Assembly (NCBI GenBank): GCA_963693365.1
Contig: CAVNZM010000089.1
Coordinates: 1 to 10,266, forward strand
Source: Amoebidium appalachense
Lineage: Eukaryota > Protista > Ichthyosporea
Length of the DNA: 10,266 bases
Direction of reading: 5' to 3'
Under the pieces are notes generated by a model. It was not told the DNA's origin. It did no database searches and saw nothing but the letters and a program-made list of their open reading frames with translations. Shown piece by piece: positions 1 through 10,137 of the stretch (the stretch's first letter is position 1; the number at the start of each line of letters is the position of its first letter). Position numbers and translations under genes: made by a program.

Positions 1-332
1 ATCATTACGTAGGAGGTACTATCAATATACTACCAGTACCTGTACGATATACACACGTCATATACAATACGTTTGCAGTATATTATGGGTGCATTTCCGT
101 ACCAAGATTGAGAAGGGCAACGGCCATAACAAGTGGTCCTCACGTTTTTAGCACCTCAAAATATAAAAGTTCTTTGTTTTGAATACTGTTCCTGGGGAAG
201 ATGTTCCCGTGGTCCGTGGTACAAACGTCACCGAACGTCCTACCATTAAACCTTTCACCAGCCTACATCCTGTGTAAGCTGTAGGGTATAAAACTTGAAG
301 TAGCATAAAGGATAATACAGGAAAGTAATGAC

Positions 333-334
<2 letters not shown>

Positions 335-369
<35 letters not shown>
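335..369. repeat. Poly-C homopolymer (35 C); similar C runs recur near 988-1038, 1112-1133, 1337-1376, 1484-1504, 3397-3429 and 3937-3950
   Basis: Read directly from the sequence; exact run lengths may be unreliable. Confidence 0.95.
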
Positions 370-371
<2 letters not shown>

Positions 372-494
372 CCCTAAAAAAAATATTAAAAAAACCTGGA
401 GGAATAGAGTAAAAATTCTGAAACGCAAATCTAAGAGAACTCGCAGTCCCTACACACGTCCCCGAGACGCATCAAAGTTTACAGCATCCCCCCC

Positions 495-1490
<996 letters not shown>

Positions 1491-1539
1491 CCCCCCCCCC
1501 CCCCTCTTGTCCTCCTACTACCCCTCTCCCCCCAAAAAG

Positions 1540-1733
1540 ACACACACGCACACAGATACACACAAACACACACACACACACATAACACACACAGCATTCG
1601 ACACCGTCCAATCTTGTTCTCACCAAGGCATCCACATGCTCGCACACAATGCAAAAACATGCACTCCAAAAACATGCACTCACACACACGCACGCACATG
1701 CACACCGGGACACACACACACACCGGGACACAC

Positions 1734-1789
<56 letters not shown>

Positions 1790-2017
1790 ACACACACACG
1801 ACGTACACAGACATGCTCACACACACAAACACACAACACACACACACACACATACAGAGAGACACACACACATATGCACACACACGGTGCATTTCCTCCC
1901 CTCCCCTTCCCTCTCCACAGAGCACACACACACACACACGTGCACACATGCACACACACGGTGCATCCCCCCCCCCCCCTTCCCGCTCAACTGAGCACAT
2001 ACACACACACATACATG

Positions 2018-2076
<59 letters not shown>

Positions 2077-2219
2077 CACACATGCACACATGCACGGACA
2101 CGAATCCCCCCCTTGCCCTTCCCTCTCCACCGAGCACATGCACACATGCACAGACATGCACATACACACACACACCACACACGACGCACACAGACATGCA
2201 CACACAGACAAACACACAA

Positions 2220-2273
<54 letters not shown>

Positions 2274-2719
2274 CACACACACGGTGCATTTCCCCCCTCC
2301 CCTTCCCTCTCCACAGAGCACACACACACACACGTGCACACATGCACACACACGGTGCATCCCCCCTCTCCCCCCCTTCCCTTTCAACTGAGCACATACA
2401 CACACACAGACATACACACACACACAACATACACAGACATCCACACATCAGACACAGACACGCATACACACACACACACACACACATGCACATATGCACA
2501 CACAGACACACACACATGCACATGTACACTCACACATGCACACACACACACACACGCAAACACGCACACACACACACACATACAGATATGCACACACACA
2601 CACTGTCTCTCTCTCTTTCTCTCCCTCCCTCCCTCCCTCCCCTCCCCCCTCCCTCCCTCCCTCCCAACCACCTCCCTCCCTCCCTCCCTCCGTCCCTCCC
2701 TCCCTCCCTCCCTCCCTCC

Positions 2720-2768
<49 letters not shown>

Positions 2769-2848
2769 ACACACATGCACATGCACATGCACATGCACAT
2801 GCACATGCACATGCACATGCACACTCACATATGCACTCACACACACAC

Positions 2849-2883
<35 letters not shown>

Positions 2884-3062
2884 GACATGCACACTCTCTC
2901 TCTTTCTCGCTTTCTCTCCCTCCCTCCCTCCCTCCCTCCCCCCTCCCTCCCTCCCTCCCTCCCAACCCTCCCTCTCCCTCCCTCCCTCCCAACCCTCCCT
3001 CCCTCCCTCCCTCACACATACACACATACACACACACGTACACACGTACACACGTACACATA
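1540..3062. repeat. Compound microsatellite: degenerate (CA)n, (CACATG)8 at 2772-2819, (CCCT)n at ~2620-2720 and ~2915-3012, with a ~390-bp higher-order duplication
   Basis: The block CACACGGTGCATTTCC...CCCTCTCCACAGAGCAC...CGGTGCATCCCC...CAACTGAGCACATAC occurs at ~1880-2005 and ~2275-2400. The CT/CCCT block is also present twice. Confidence 0.95.
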
Positions 3063-3574
3063 TAACCCTCTCTTCTCTTATGTAGTATCATAGGAACGCT
3101 TGACAAAGGTACTACACGGGTGTTGGTTGGATGATGACAGTACATGTACCAGTGGGATAGATGCTGTTTACTCCAGGCAATGTACCAGTGTGTCGATTGA
3201 TTTAGCTAATATTAGATCTATGTTTAGCTGTGTGTTGTTTTTTCTCCTTTTTGTATTTAAGGCCTGGCCGGCCTCATAAAATGCTATCAAATCTTACTCG
3301 AGATTGAGCTTTTTTTGGCCTTGAAGGCCGATCTTAATAAAGTACTGTGAATGTGTCCCCTGATGAGGGACTCTAGTCGATATATCTGCAAAACGACCCC
3401 CCCTCCCCCCCCCCCCCCCCCCCCCCCCCAAGACGATAAAGTTCCGCCCTAGTAAGCGTGTTACTACCCTGCGGCGTGGGTCAAATCTCATATTTTCCCC
3501 TCTGATTACGAATTCTGTGGCCTTCGGGACTTAATTCTTTTCAGCTGGTGTAGTATGTTAGCCAGGGAAGTATC

Positions 3575-3843
3575 GACTTAGGTATCGACGGGGGAGCTTC
3601 CTAGAAGCCCCGTCTCCTGAGTTCCTATCTATATTTTTCTTGCTTCTGCTTACTGCTGCAACTTTAACCCCCGGCCTTTCCCACTGCCCTTGCCTGCATA
3701 AGCAACCCTGCTCGTCTCTGATCAAGACGGGTGACCTACTCATGTTCAAGTGAAACAGTATCTGAGTTGGGTTTCGTTAACGAGGGGAATAGGTCGAAAC
3801 TCGGGTACTGTGGATGACGTGGGCCCCCCCTGAGGATGGGCTC
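3575..3843 (+). other. Cluster of G-U-containing stem-loops; candidate structured RNA of unknown class
   Basis: Stems 3575-3582/3616-3623 with inner 3587-3593/3608-3614; 3711-3717/3725-3731; 14-bp 3755-3768/3798-3811; 3821-3826/3838-3843. No known family recognised. Confidence 0.3.
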
Positions 3844-3955
3844 TGCTTATTATGCATACTCTTTATGTATGGCTTGCATTCTGCATCGTGTTATCCGTTT
3901 GTTCTTGTGTACTTCGTACTTTTTGACGCATTCAAACCCCCCCCCCCCCCTTAAA

Positions 3956-3968
3956 CACACACGCACAC

Positions 3969-4010
<42 letters not shown>
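3956..4010. repeat. (CA)n microsatellite with CG interruptions, followed by an A-rich tract
   Basis: Read directly from the sequence. Confidence 0.9.
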
Positions 4011-4017
<7 letters not shown>

Positions 4018-4261
4018 AAAACAAACAAAAAAGAAAGAAAAAAAGAGCGAGAGAATCCTTGTTTCTCGTATGTTACCAGCACGTAAGCAAGTATTTTATT
4101 CATTCACAATACATTGTTAGGTATGTGTAGTATATTATGGTGTTATTATTTTTTGGTTTACAATATGGTGTCCACGTTCCCAATATATCGTTATTGTCGA
4201 CCAACTACTATGGTAGTATAATGCTATGATGACAATTTGTGCATGCGTTACTTATAAGCAT

Positions 4262-5005
4262 CGGGTTTTTTCACTAACTACCCACAGAGTAGCTTCTAGC
4301 ACGATAAATTCACCACAAATTATAAGGGGAGATGGTGAATGTGCCCTTGGAGTACGAGGGTCACACGAAAAAAACACAACGTTGTAGCTCGTATAGAACC
4401 CCCCTTGTAGCACAGTATATGTCCATGTGTTCAACCTAGGCATTTTTGGTTTTTTCAATAACTACCCACAGAACAGCCTCTCGCCCGAGACATTTACCAC
4501 AAAGTTTATGGGGGGGATGGTGAATGTGCCCCTGGAGTACGAGGGCCACACGAAAAAAACACAAGGTTGTAGCTCGAAATTGAACCCCCCTTGTAGCATA
4601 GTATATGTACATGTGTTACCTAGACATTATTGGTTTTTTCAATAACTACCCACAGAACAGCTTCTAGCACGAGACATTTACCGCAACGTTTATGGGGGGG
4701 ATAGTGAATGTGCCCCTGGAGTACGAGGGGCACACGAAAAAACCACAACGTTGTAGCTCGTATAGAACCCCCCTTGTAGCACAGTATATGTACATGTGTT
4801 ACCTAGACATTATTGGTTTTTTCAATACCTACCCACAGAACAGCTTCTAGCACGAGACATTTACCACAAAGTTTATGGGGGGGAATGGTGAATGTGCCCC
4901 TGGCGTACGAGGGTCACACGAAAAAAACACAACTTTGTAGCTCGAATAGAACCCCCCTTGTAGCATAGTCTATGTACGTGTGTTACCTAGACATTATTGG
5001 TTTTC
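4262..5005. repeat. Tandem array of four ~184-bp units (satellite/minisatellite)
   Basis: The anchor CCCACAGA starts at 4281, 4465, 4649 and 4832 (periods 184, 184, 183). Units align end to end; unit 1 is the most diverged. Confidence 0.97.
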
Positions 5006-5233
5006 GAGATCCAATTGATATGCTGTGGGTATTACTAACCTAAATCATATGTAATTGATACAAAAGAGATGTAATTTGATATGCAATACATATAGGTTGT
5101 GCATAGATTTATTACCGAAAATGCGGTTCATTAGATATACAGATAGCTATGTATATAGGCATAGAATACCTATATTGACTATATACAGTCAGGTCACCAA
5201 TAGACCTCATAATAGTTGCCAAGTAGACCAAAG

Positions 5234-5362
5234 CATAGAGGTTTTATTTGTGGAAATTATTGACATAAATATTTTTCTGGGTAAACACGTAGGATGGGTG
5301 TTCGATACCAACATAACCATGTAGGCTTCATTTCGTGTTTTAGCAGTTAGCGGTTGGCTGCC
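5234..5362 (+). repeat. Direct repeat A1 (visible matched part; probably extends further 3')
   Basis: 129/129 identical to 10138-10266 (CATAGAGGTTTTATTTGTGG...GGTTGGCTGCC). Confidence 0.95.
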
Positions 5363-5393
5363 CGCACACGGGCACCTATTAGCCAGTCAAAAC

Positions 5394-5502
5394 ATCAGAT
5401 ACCACAGATCACTAGACCGAGTTATGATTGGCTCGGATCAGATTTCACATATCACTAGATCGATTTTTGATTGGTTCAGATCGGTAGGCTTAGGTATATA
5501 AG
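5394..5502 (+). promoter_or_regulatory. Putative Pol II promoter: two tandem 43-bp units, each with an inverted CCAAT box, followed by a TATA box
   Basis: Units 5394-5436 and 5437-5479 are 35/43 identical. ATTGG at 5427-5431 and 5470-5474. TATATAA at 5495-5501, about 130 bp upstream of the gag ATG. Confidence 0.6.
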
Positions 5503-5628
5503 CACGACAGTTTTTAGCAGATCAGCAAGCTACAAACACATCTTCTGTTTTTAGCATCCACAGCCTTACAGCTATATATTCCTTTTCACTCCTTTTCATT
5601 CTCCCTATCTTTCCCTACGCCGGTCAGC

Positions 5629-6798
5629 ATGCCGCCGAAAAAGCGCCAGGCCTCAGCCGCCGCCCCTGCCGCGGCACCTAAGCGCCTGACCCGCAGCGAC
5701 CTCCGCCACAGGCTGACCAACGCTCCCGCGGACACTGACGCGCCTCCAGCGGCCCATACCGCCACGGACCCGGACCCGCCGGCTACTCTCCCCTCCACCC
5801 CTGAAGTCCCCCCTCAGGCCCCGCCGTCCCCGCAGATGACTTCTCAAGACGCCGTCCTGGCCGCCCTCACCGCCATCAGCACCCAGATGGCTGGCGTCCT
5901 GGCTGCTCTCACCAACCGCGACCCTCCCGCGCCCCCCGCCGCGCCCTCCACACCCGGGGAGGTTTCCCCGGGGCTGCATCTCGGCCCTGACCTTGACCTG
6001 CCTGCCCTGCCCGCGCCCCCCATCACAGGTGAGAACACTGGCGACATTCAGCCGGGCACACTCCCGCTTCCCCCCGCGGATGTGCTGGCAGATTTGCGCG
6101 CCAATCGTTTCGTCGACCTGTATAAGTTCACCCCCGCCGCCCTCCTGGCCCCATCCAAGAAAGGTCAGCATCTGCGCATGGCCGACGACGGCAGCATCGA
6201 GACTTTTCGCCAAGACAAACCCGTTCCCCTGCGTTCACTCGTCATTTGGATCCAAGCTTGGACCCATTACATGGCCGCCAAGCACCACCTCGGCCTTCCC
6301 ACGGACAAAGACGTACTTTGGACTCAGCACATCACTCGCCTCAGCACCCGATACCCGTGGGCCCAGATCCACAACTATGACGTATACGCCCGCACCGTGG
6401 CCCACCAGCAGGGTCGGGCTCCGATCGAGTGCCCCAACCTGCTCGCCCAACTCCACCAGGATCTCCTCCTGCCACCCACCCTGCTCATCCAGGACGCATG
6501 TCAGCGCTGTGGCTTCCCCGACCACCCCAGCGCGGCCTGCCCCATGTACCCCAAGCCCGGCTGTGGTCTTGACGGCTTTAAGCCGCCCCACAAGCCCGGC
6601 GGGGGTCACACCCCTAACCGCCCTGGCCCGCAACCCGGCCCGGCCAAACCGGCCCGACCCGTGGATCTACCCGCGACGCACTGCAGGAATTTCCACATTA
6701 ACGGTCGGTCCTGCGCTAAGCAGCCCTGCCCCTTCTCCCACGTGTGCCCGCTCTGCTCTGGCACACACCCCCGCAAAGACTGCAAGCACAATGCCTAG
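5629..6798 (+). CDS. gag: Gag-like ORF1 protein (389 aa) with CCHC and CCCH zinc fingers
   Basis: Complete ATG-to-TAG ORF. Basic N-terminus MPPKKRQ; core FVDLYKF...WIQAWTHY...YPWAQIHNYD typical of YR-retrotransposon gag. CX2CX4HX4C at 6499-6540; CX9CX4CX3H plus CX2CX3HX4C at 6682-6783. Confidence 0.9.
   Translation: MPPKKRQASAAAPAAAPKRLTRSDLRHRLTNAPADTDAPPAAHTATDPDPPATLPSTPEVPPQAPPSPQMTSQDAVLAALTAISTQMAGVLAALTNRDPPAPPAAPSTPGEVSPGLHLGPDLDLPALPAPPITGENTGDIQPGTLPLPPADVLADLRANRFVDLYKFTPAALLAPSKKGQHLRMADDGSIETFRQDKPVPLRSLVIWIQAWTHYMAAKHHLGLPTDKDVLWTQHITRLSTRYPWAQIHNYDVYARTVAHQQGRAPIECPNLLAQLHQDLLLPPTLLIQDACQRCGFPDHPSAACPMYPKPGCGLDGFKPPHKPGGGHTPNRPGPQPGPAKPARPVDLPATHCRNFHINGRSCAKQPCPFSHVCPLCSGTHPRKDCKHNA
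6026..6034 (+). promoter_or_regulatory. Predicted 5' splice donor CAG|GTGAGA (GT at 6029-6030), phase 1 in gag
   Basis: Near-consensus donor, in phase with both downstream acceptors. Confidence 0.55.
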
Positions 6799-6942
6799 TC
6801 TACGCGCACACCCACACACACAGCTAGAACATAGGGGTTCGGAGCTAGGACACACGAGTACAGGGAAACGGAGCTCGGGAGAACGGGCCAATAGGGCTGA
6901 GTACAAAATTTCGCAGGCCAACTACGGCGCCCGCGCGCGTCA

Positions 6943-6976
6943 AGAATAAATGTCCCTATACAAAGACGTTTATTCT
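6943..6976 (+). terminator. AATAAA (6945-6950) inside a 12-bp stem-loop; candidate regulated poly(A) site for gag mRNA
   Basis: AGAATAAATGTC (6943-6954) pairs with GACGTTTATTCT (6965-6976), one G-U pair, 10-nt loop, about 150 nt after the gag stop. Confidence 0.45.
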
Positions 6977-7285
6977 GGCCACTGCACATAATTTTACTCC
7001 CCCCCCCCCCCATCCCACGAGCCTCCCCCCCCCCCCTTACACTCACCTAGCACTCCCTCCCCCCCCCTTCTTCTACCGCTGTGTCCGCCCACACCCCCGC
7101 GTGCTCGGGCACATTCCCCTGCACAGGGCCCCGCTGCCCTCCCTGCCAACCCTCACTTGGGCCAAGCTGCCCTACTCTAACCCCCCGGGGCCCTGCTGCC
7201 CCCCCCCCCCCCCCCCCCCACCACCCCCCCCCCCCCCCCCCCCCCCCCCCCGCTGCCGGGATCTCCCCAAGGGTACACCACCCTT

Positions 7286-7313
7286 GCTAACCACCCCTTC
7301 CCCCGAGGCTCAG
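7286..7313 (+). promoter_or_regulatory. Predicted branch point and 3' splice acceptor for pol
   Basis: GCTAAC at 7286-7291, pyrimidine tract 7292-7304, CAG at 7311-7313. An alternative in-phase GAG lies at 7305-7307. Confidence 0.55.
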
Positions 7314-8936
7314 ACCCGGAGGCCCGCCCGCTGCCCCAGCACCACATTGACACCTCCCGCCTCCGGGAACTGCTGGCCTCCTACCCGGACCAACCATTCG
7401 CCGCACAACTCCTCCACGATGTCGAATTCGGCGTCGACATCGGCTATCGCGGCCCCTCCACCTCTCGGGTGGGCCCCAACCTACCCACCACCCCGGAGGC
7501 AGCTGCCGCTATCACGGTGGATATTGCCAAAGAAGTCGCCCTCGGCCACCTGCGCGGCCCCCTCTCCCCGGCCCAATTCTTTGACGAATTTCCCGTCCAC
7601 CGTTCCTCCCCCATCGGCGCCGTTACCAAGAAAGGGAACCCCCCCAAGTACCGTCGAATCCACCACCTCTCCTGGCCCCGGGGTAGCAGTGTCAATGACA
7701 GCATCACCTACCCCGACGAACTTCAGTACATTCGCGCCCGGGATGTCACCCAACTCATTCTCGACGCAGGCCCCGGCTGCTACATGGCCGTGGCAGATGT
7801 GCAGGCTGCCTTCCGGCACATGCCCATCCGACCGGAAGACCACCACTTAATGGCATTCAAATGGCAAGGGCATTTTTACGTTGAAACCAGACTGCCCTTC
7901 GGCCTGAAATCTAGCCCAGCCATCTGGGAACGGATCGCGGCCACCCTACAGTGGCTGGCACACCAGCACGGTATTACCCTCATCCGCCACTACGTAGACG
8001 ACTGGATTATAGTCGCCCCCACACAACAGCAGTGCCAACGTCACCTATCCACCTTTCTGCAACTCTGCCGAGAGCTGCACATTGCCATCTCCGAAGACAA
8101 GATGCAGGGCCCGGCTACCCGTGTCGTCTTCATCGGTATCGAATTCGACTCCATCGCCATGGAGGCACGAATCCCGGCTTCCAAGCTCTCGGACCTACTC
8201 GACCTCACTTCCCACCCAAAGCCCACCATCACCATTCGGGACCTCCAGTCCCTCCTCGGCAAACTCACCTGGTGTGCCCAGCTGGTTCCCCCCGGGAGGG
8301 CCTTCTCCCAGCGCCTATGGGCCCTTCTCCGGACCCACCCACACCTTGCCGGCCACCACCACATACGACTGACTGCTGCCGCCCGGGCCGACATAGCCGA
8401 ATGGCACCAGTTCCTCACATCATGGAATGGGGTGCACCTCATCACACCCCCCACATACACCACCCTGGCCACTGATGCTGCCGGATCGGTGGGTCTAGGT
8501 GGCCACTGGCTCGACCAATGGTTCTTCATGCCCTGGTCCCCCTCCACCCAAGCCCTCTATGCTCATGAGGGTAAACTCGGTTCTTCCGTCATCGAACTCC
8601 TGGCCATCGCAGCCGCCGTGGCCCTCTGGGCCCCCTCCTGGTCCACCCACCATGTCCGTATTTTATGCGACAACACGGGTGCTGTGTCTGACCTGCACTC
8701 CCGGTCTTCCCCCCACCCCGTGATGGCCAAACTTATTCGGTTCATCACCCGCATGGAAATGCAATACCAATTTACGTTACAGGCATCCTACCTACCAGGA
8801 CCCCTCAACCATCTGGCCGATGCCATTTCTCGTAACCAACTTCCCCGGGCCCGACGACTCCGACCTTCCCTGCAACCGGAGCCCTGCCCCTTCCCCCTCC
8901 TGGGTCCACGAGTTCCTATCCCTTCCCTTGGGCTAA
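7314..8936 (+). CDS. pol: Pol: reverse transcriptase + RNase H; start inferred via splicing, stop inferred after a 1-nt correction
   Basis: The frame is open from 7181. Motifs LLASYPDQPFAAQLLHDVEFGVDIG, SSPIGAVTKK, YRRIHHLSWP, ADVQAAF, RLPFGLKSSP, YVDD (7991-8002). RNase H motifs TDAAG, IELLA, CDN, NHLADAISR. Domains are secure; both ends are inferred. Confidence 0.85.
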
Positions 8937-8960
8937 CCCCCCCCCCCCCCCCCCCCCCAG
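8932..8960 (+). promoter_or_regulatory. Predicted branch point and 3' splice acceptor for the recombinase
   Basis: GCTAAC at 8932-8937, C22 tract 8937-8958, AG at 8959-8960, directly before the YR coding region. Confidence 0.6.
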
Positions 8961-10025
8961 ATCTCCCGTTCCGGAGCAACACTGGCAGATTGGCCCCCCA
9001 CTTTGCTCCGGCCGAGCTGCTTCGAGCCACCACTACCCTGCAGGAATGCCAGGCCCTGAGTCTCAACCTCGACTCTCGGGCCTTTTACTCCCGGGTGCAA
9101 AAAGTGTTCATCGATTTCTGTGTGGCATCTCGGCTGCAATCCACCTCCGGGTCCTCCCTCCCGGCCTCCCCACACACCGTGCAACTTTTTCTCGCCTGGT
9201 GTGCCCAACGAGGGGTACAGGCCTCTTCCTTAACCGGCTACAATTCGGCCATCACCAGGCTCCACCTCGACATGGGCCTCCCTGCTCCCTACCCCCCACG
9301 ACAAGTCTCTGGCCTGGTTCCTACGGGGGGTAGGGCCGATGGCAGCTTTCTCACAACATCCGACCCCGCTCATCCACCAGGGAACCCCCTCCTCCCCTCC
9401 CACCTCCACCTACTCCACGGCCAGTTCCCCACCAAGGCCTCCTCGGCCAATCTCCGGCTATGGACGGCCCTCATCGTCGGTTTCTGTGGTCTCCTCCGTT
9501 CAGGGGAATTTACCTCCAAGACCCTGACTTCTTTCGACCCGTCCCGTCACGTTAAACGGAAGGACGTGACCTTCAGCTACACCCCCACCGGTACTTTGTC
9601 CCATGCCACCCTCCACCTGCCAACCTCTAAGACGGATGTACAGGCCCGAGGTGTCAACGTCACCCTAGCTGCCCTGCCCCTCACCCACTTCTCCCCAGCC
9701 CATCTCCTCCGGCAGTTCCTGGATACAACGTCCGGTCAACCCGACGACCCCCTCTTCAGTCTCGGTGGCATCCCCTACACCAAGAGTGCTTTCTCTGCCG
9801 ATTTCCGTGCCCTCCTCTCCCCGGGCAGGCCTCTCACCCTCCCGGTTTGCCGGACACAGCCTCCGCATCGGGGGGGCCACAGCACTGGCTGAGGCCGGGG
9901 TCGACGACTCCCGGATCAAACAACTCGGCCGGTGGTCCTCCGACTGCTTCCTGATCTATACCCGACTTCGTCCGGCCTCCATTGCTGCCACCACCACACG
10001 TGTATTCGCCTCTATTCTTAAGTGA
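8961..10025 (+). CDS. Tyrosine recombinase, interrupted by four +1 homopolymer frameshifts in this sequence
   Basis: N-terminal domain SRAFYSRVQKVFIDFC...TVQLFLAW...SLTGYNSAI. Catalytic R in GLLRSGE (9497-9499), K in SKTD, HSLR (9855-9866), GRW (9927-9935) and Y (9957-9959). The C-terminus is in ORF 9765..10025. Confidence 0.85.
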
Positions 10026-10137
10026 AACCTTTGGAGCAAGCATACTGCTCTCGTGCCGTGGTTTACAACCATTGCAGGTTCACTTTCGTCCAAGGGGATG
10101 TCCCCCTAGAGGCAACACACGTCCCGGAGTAGTTTTT
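10026..10137 (+). repeat. Putative B1 repeat of the A1-core-B1-A2-B2 structure
   Basis: Lies between the YR stop and A2. A second copy is expected outside the window and cannot be seen. Confidence 0.5.

Noticed and set aside
77-88. 12-bp match AGTATATTATGG to 4129-4140
   Set aside because: Short and AT-rich, flanks align poorly, and it is compatible with chance.
3360-3386. Hammerhead-like CTGATGA-GG-GAC-TCTA-GTC-GATATATC
   Set aside because: GATA replaces the required GAAA and stem I cannot pair.
3508-3560. U2 snRNA-like text (ACGAATT...GGCCTT...GTGTAGTAT)
   Set aside because: The conserved GATCAA before GTGTAGTA is missing and stems I and IIa do not fit.
3660-3846. Telomerase RNA idea (TAACCC and GAGTTGGG or GGGCTCTG motifs)
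   Set aside because: Only one telomere unit is present rather than ~1.5, and no pseudoknot was identified.
4262-5005. CRISPR-like array
   Set aside because: Units are homologous along their full length with no unique spacers, there are no cas genes, and the context is eukaryotic.
5993-8723. Overlapping and antisense ORFs (5993-6949, 7101-7850, 7951-8475, 5653-6213, 8041-8547)
   Set aside because: Low-complexity shadows of GC-rich coding sequence, mostly with non-ATG starts and no recognisable motifs.
10081-10110. GGACGAAA on the minus strand resembling a hammerhead stem II end
   Set aside because: There is no CTGANGA core upstream on that strand.
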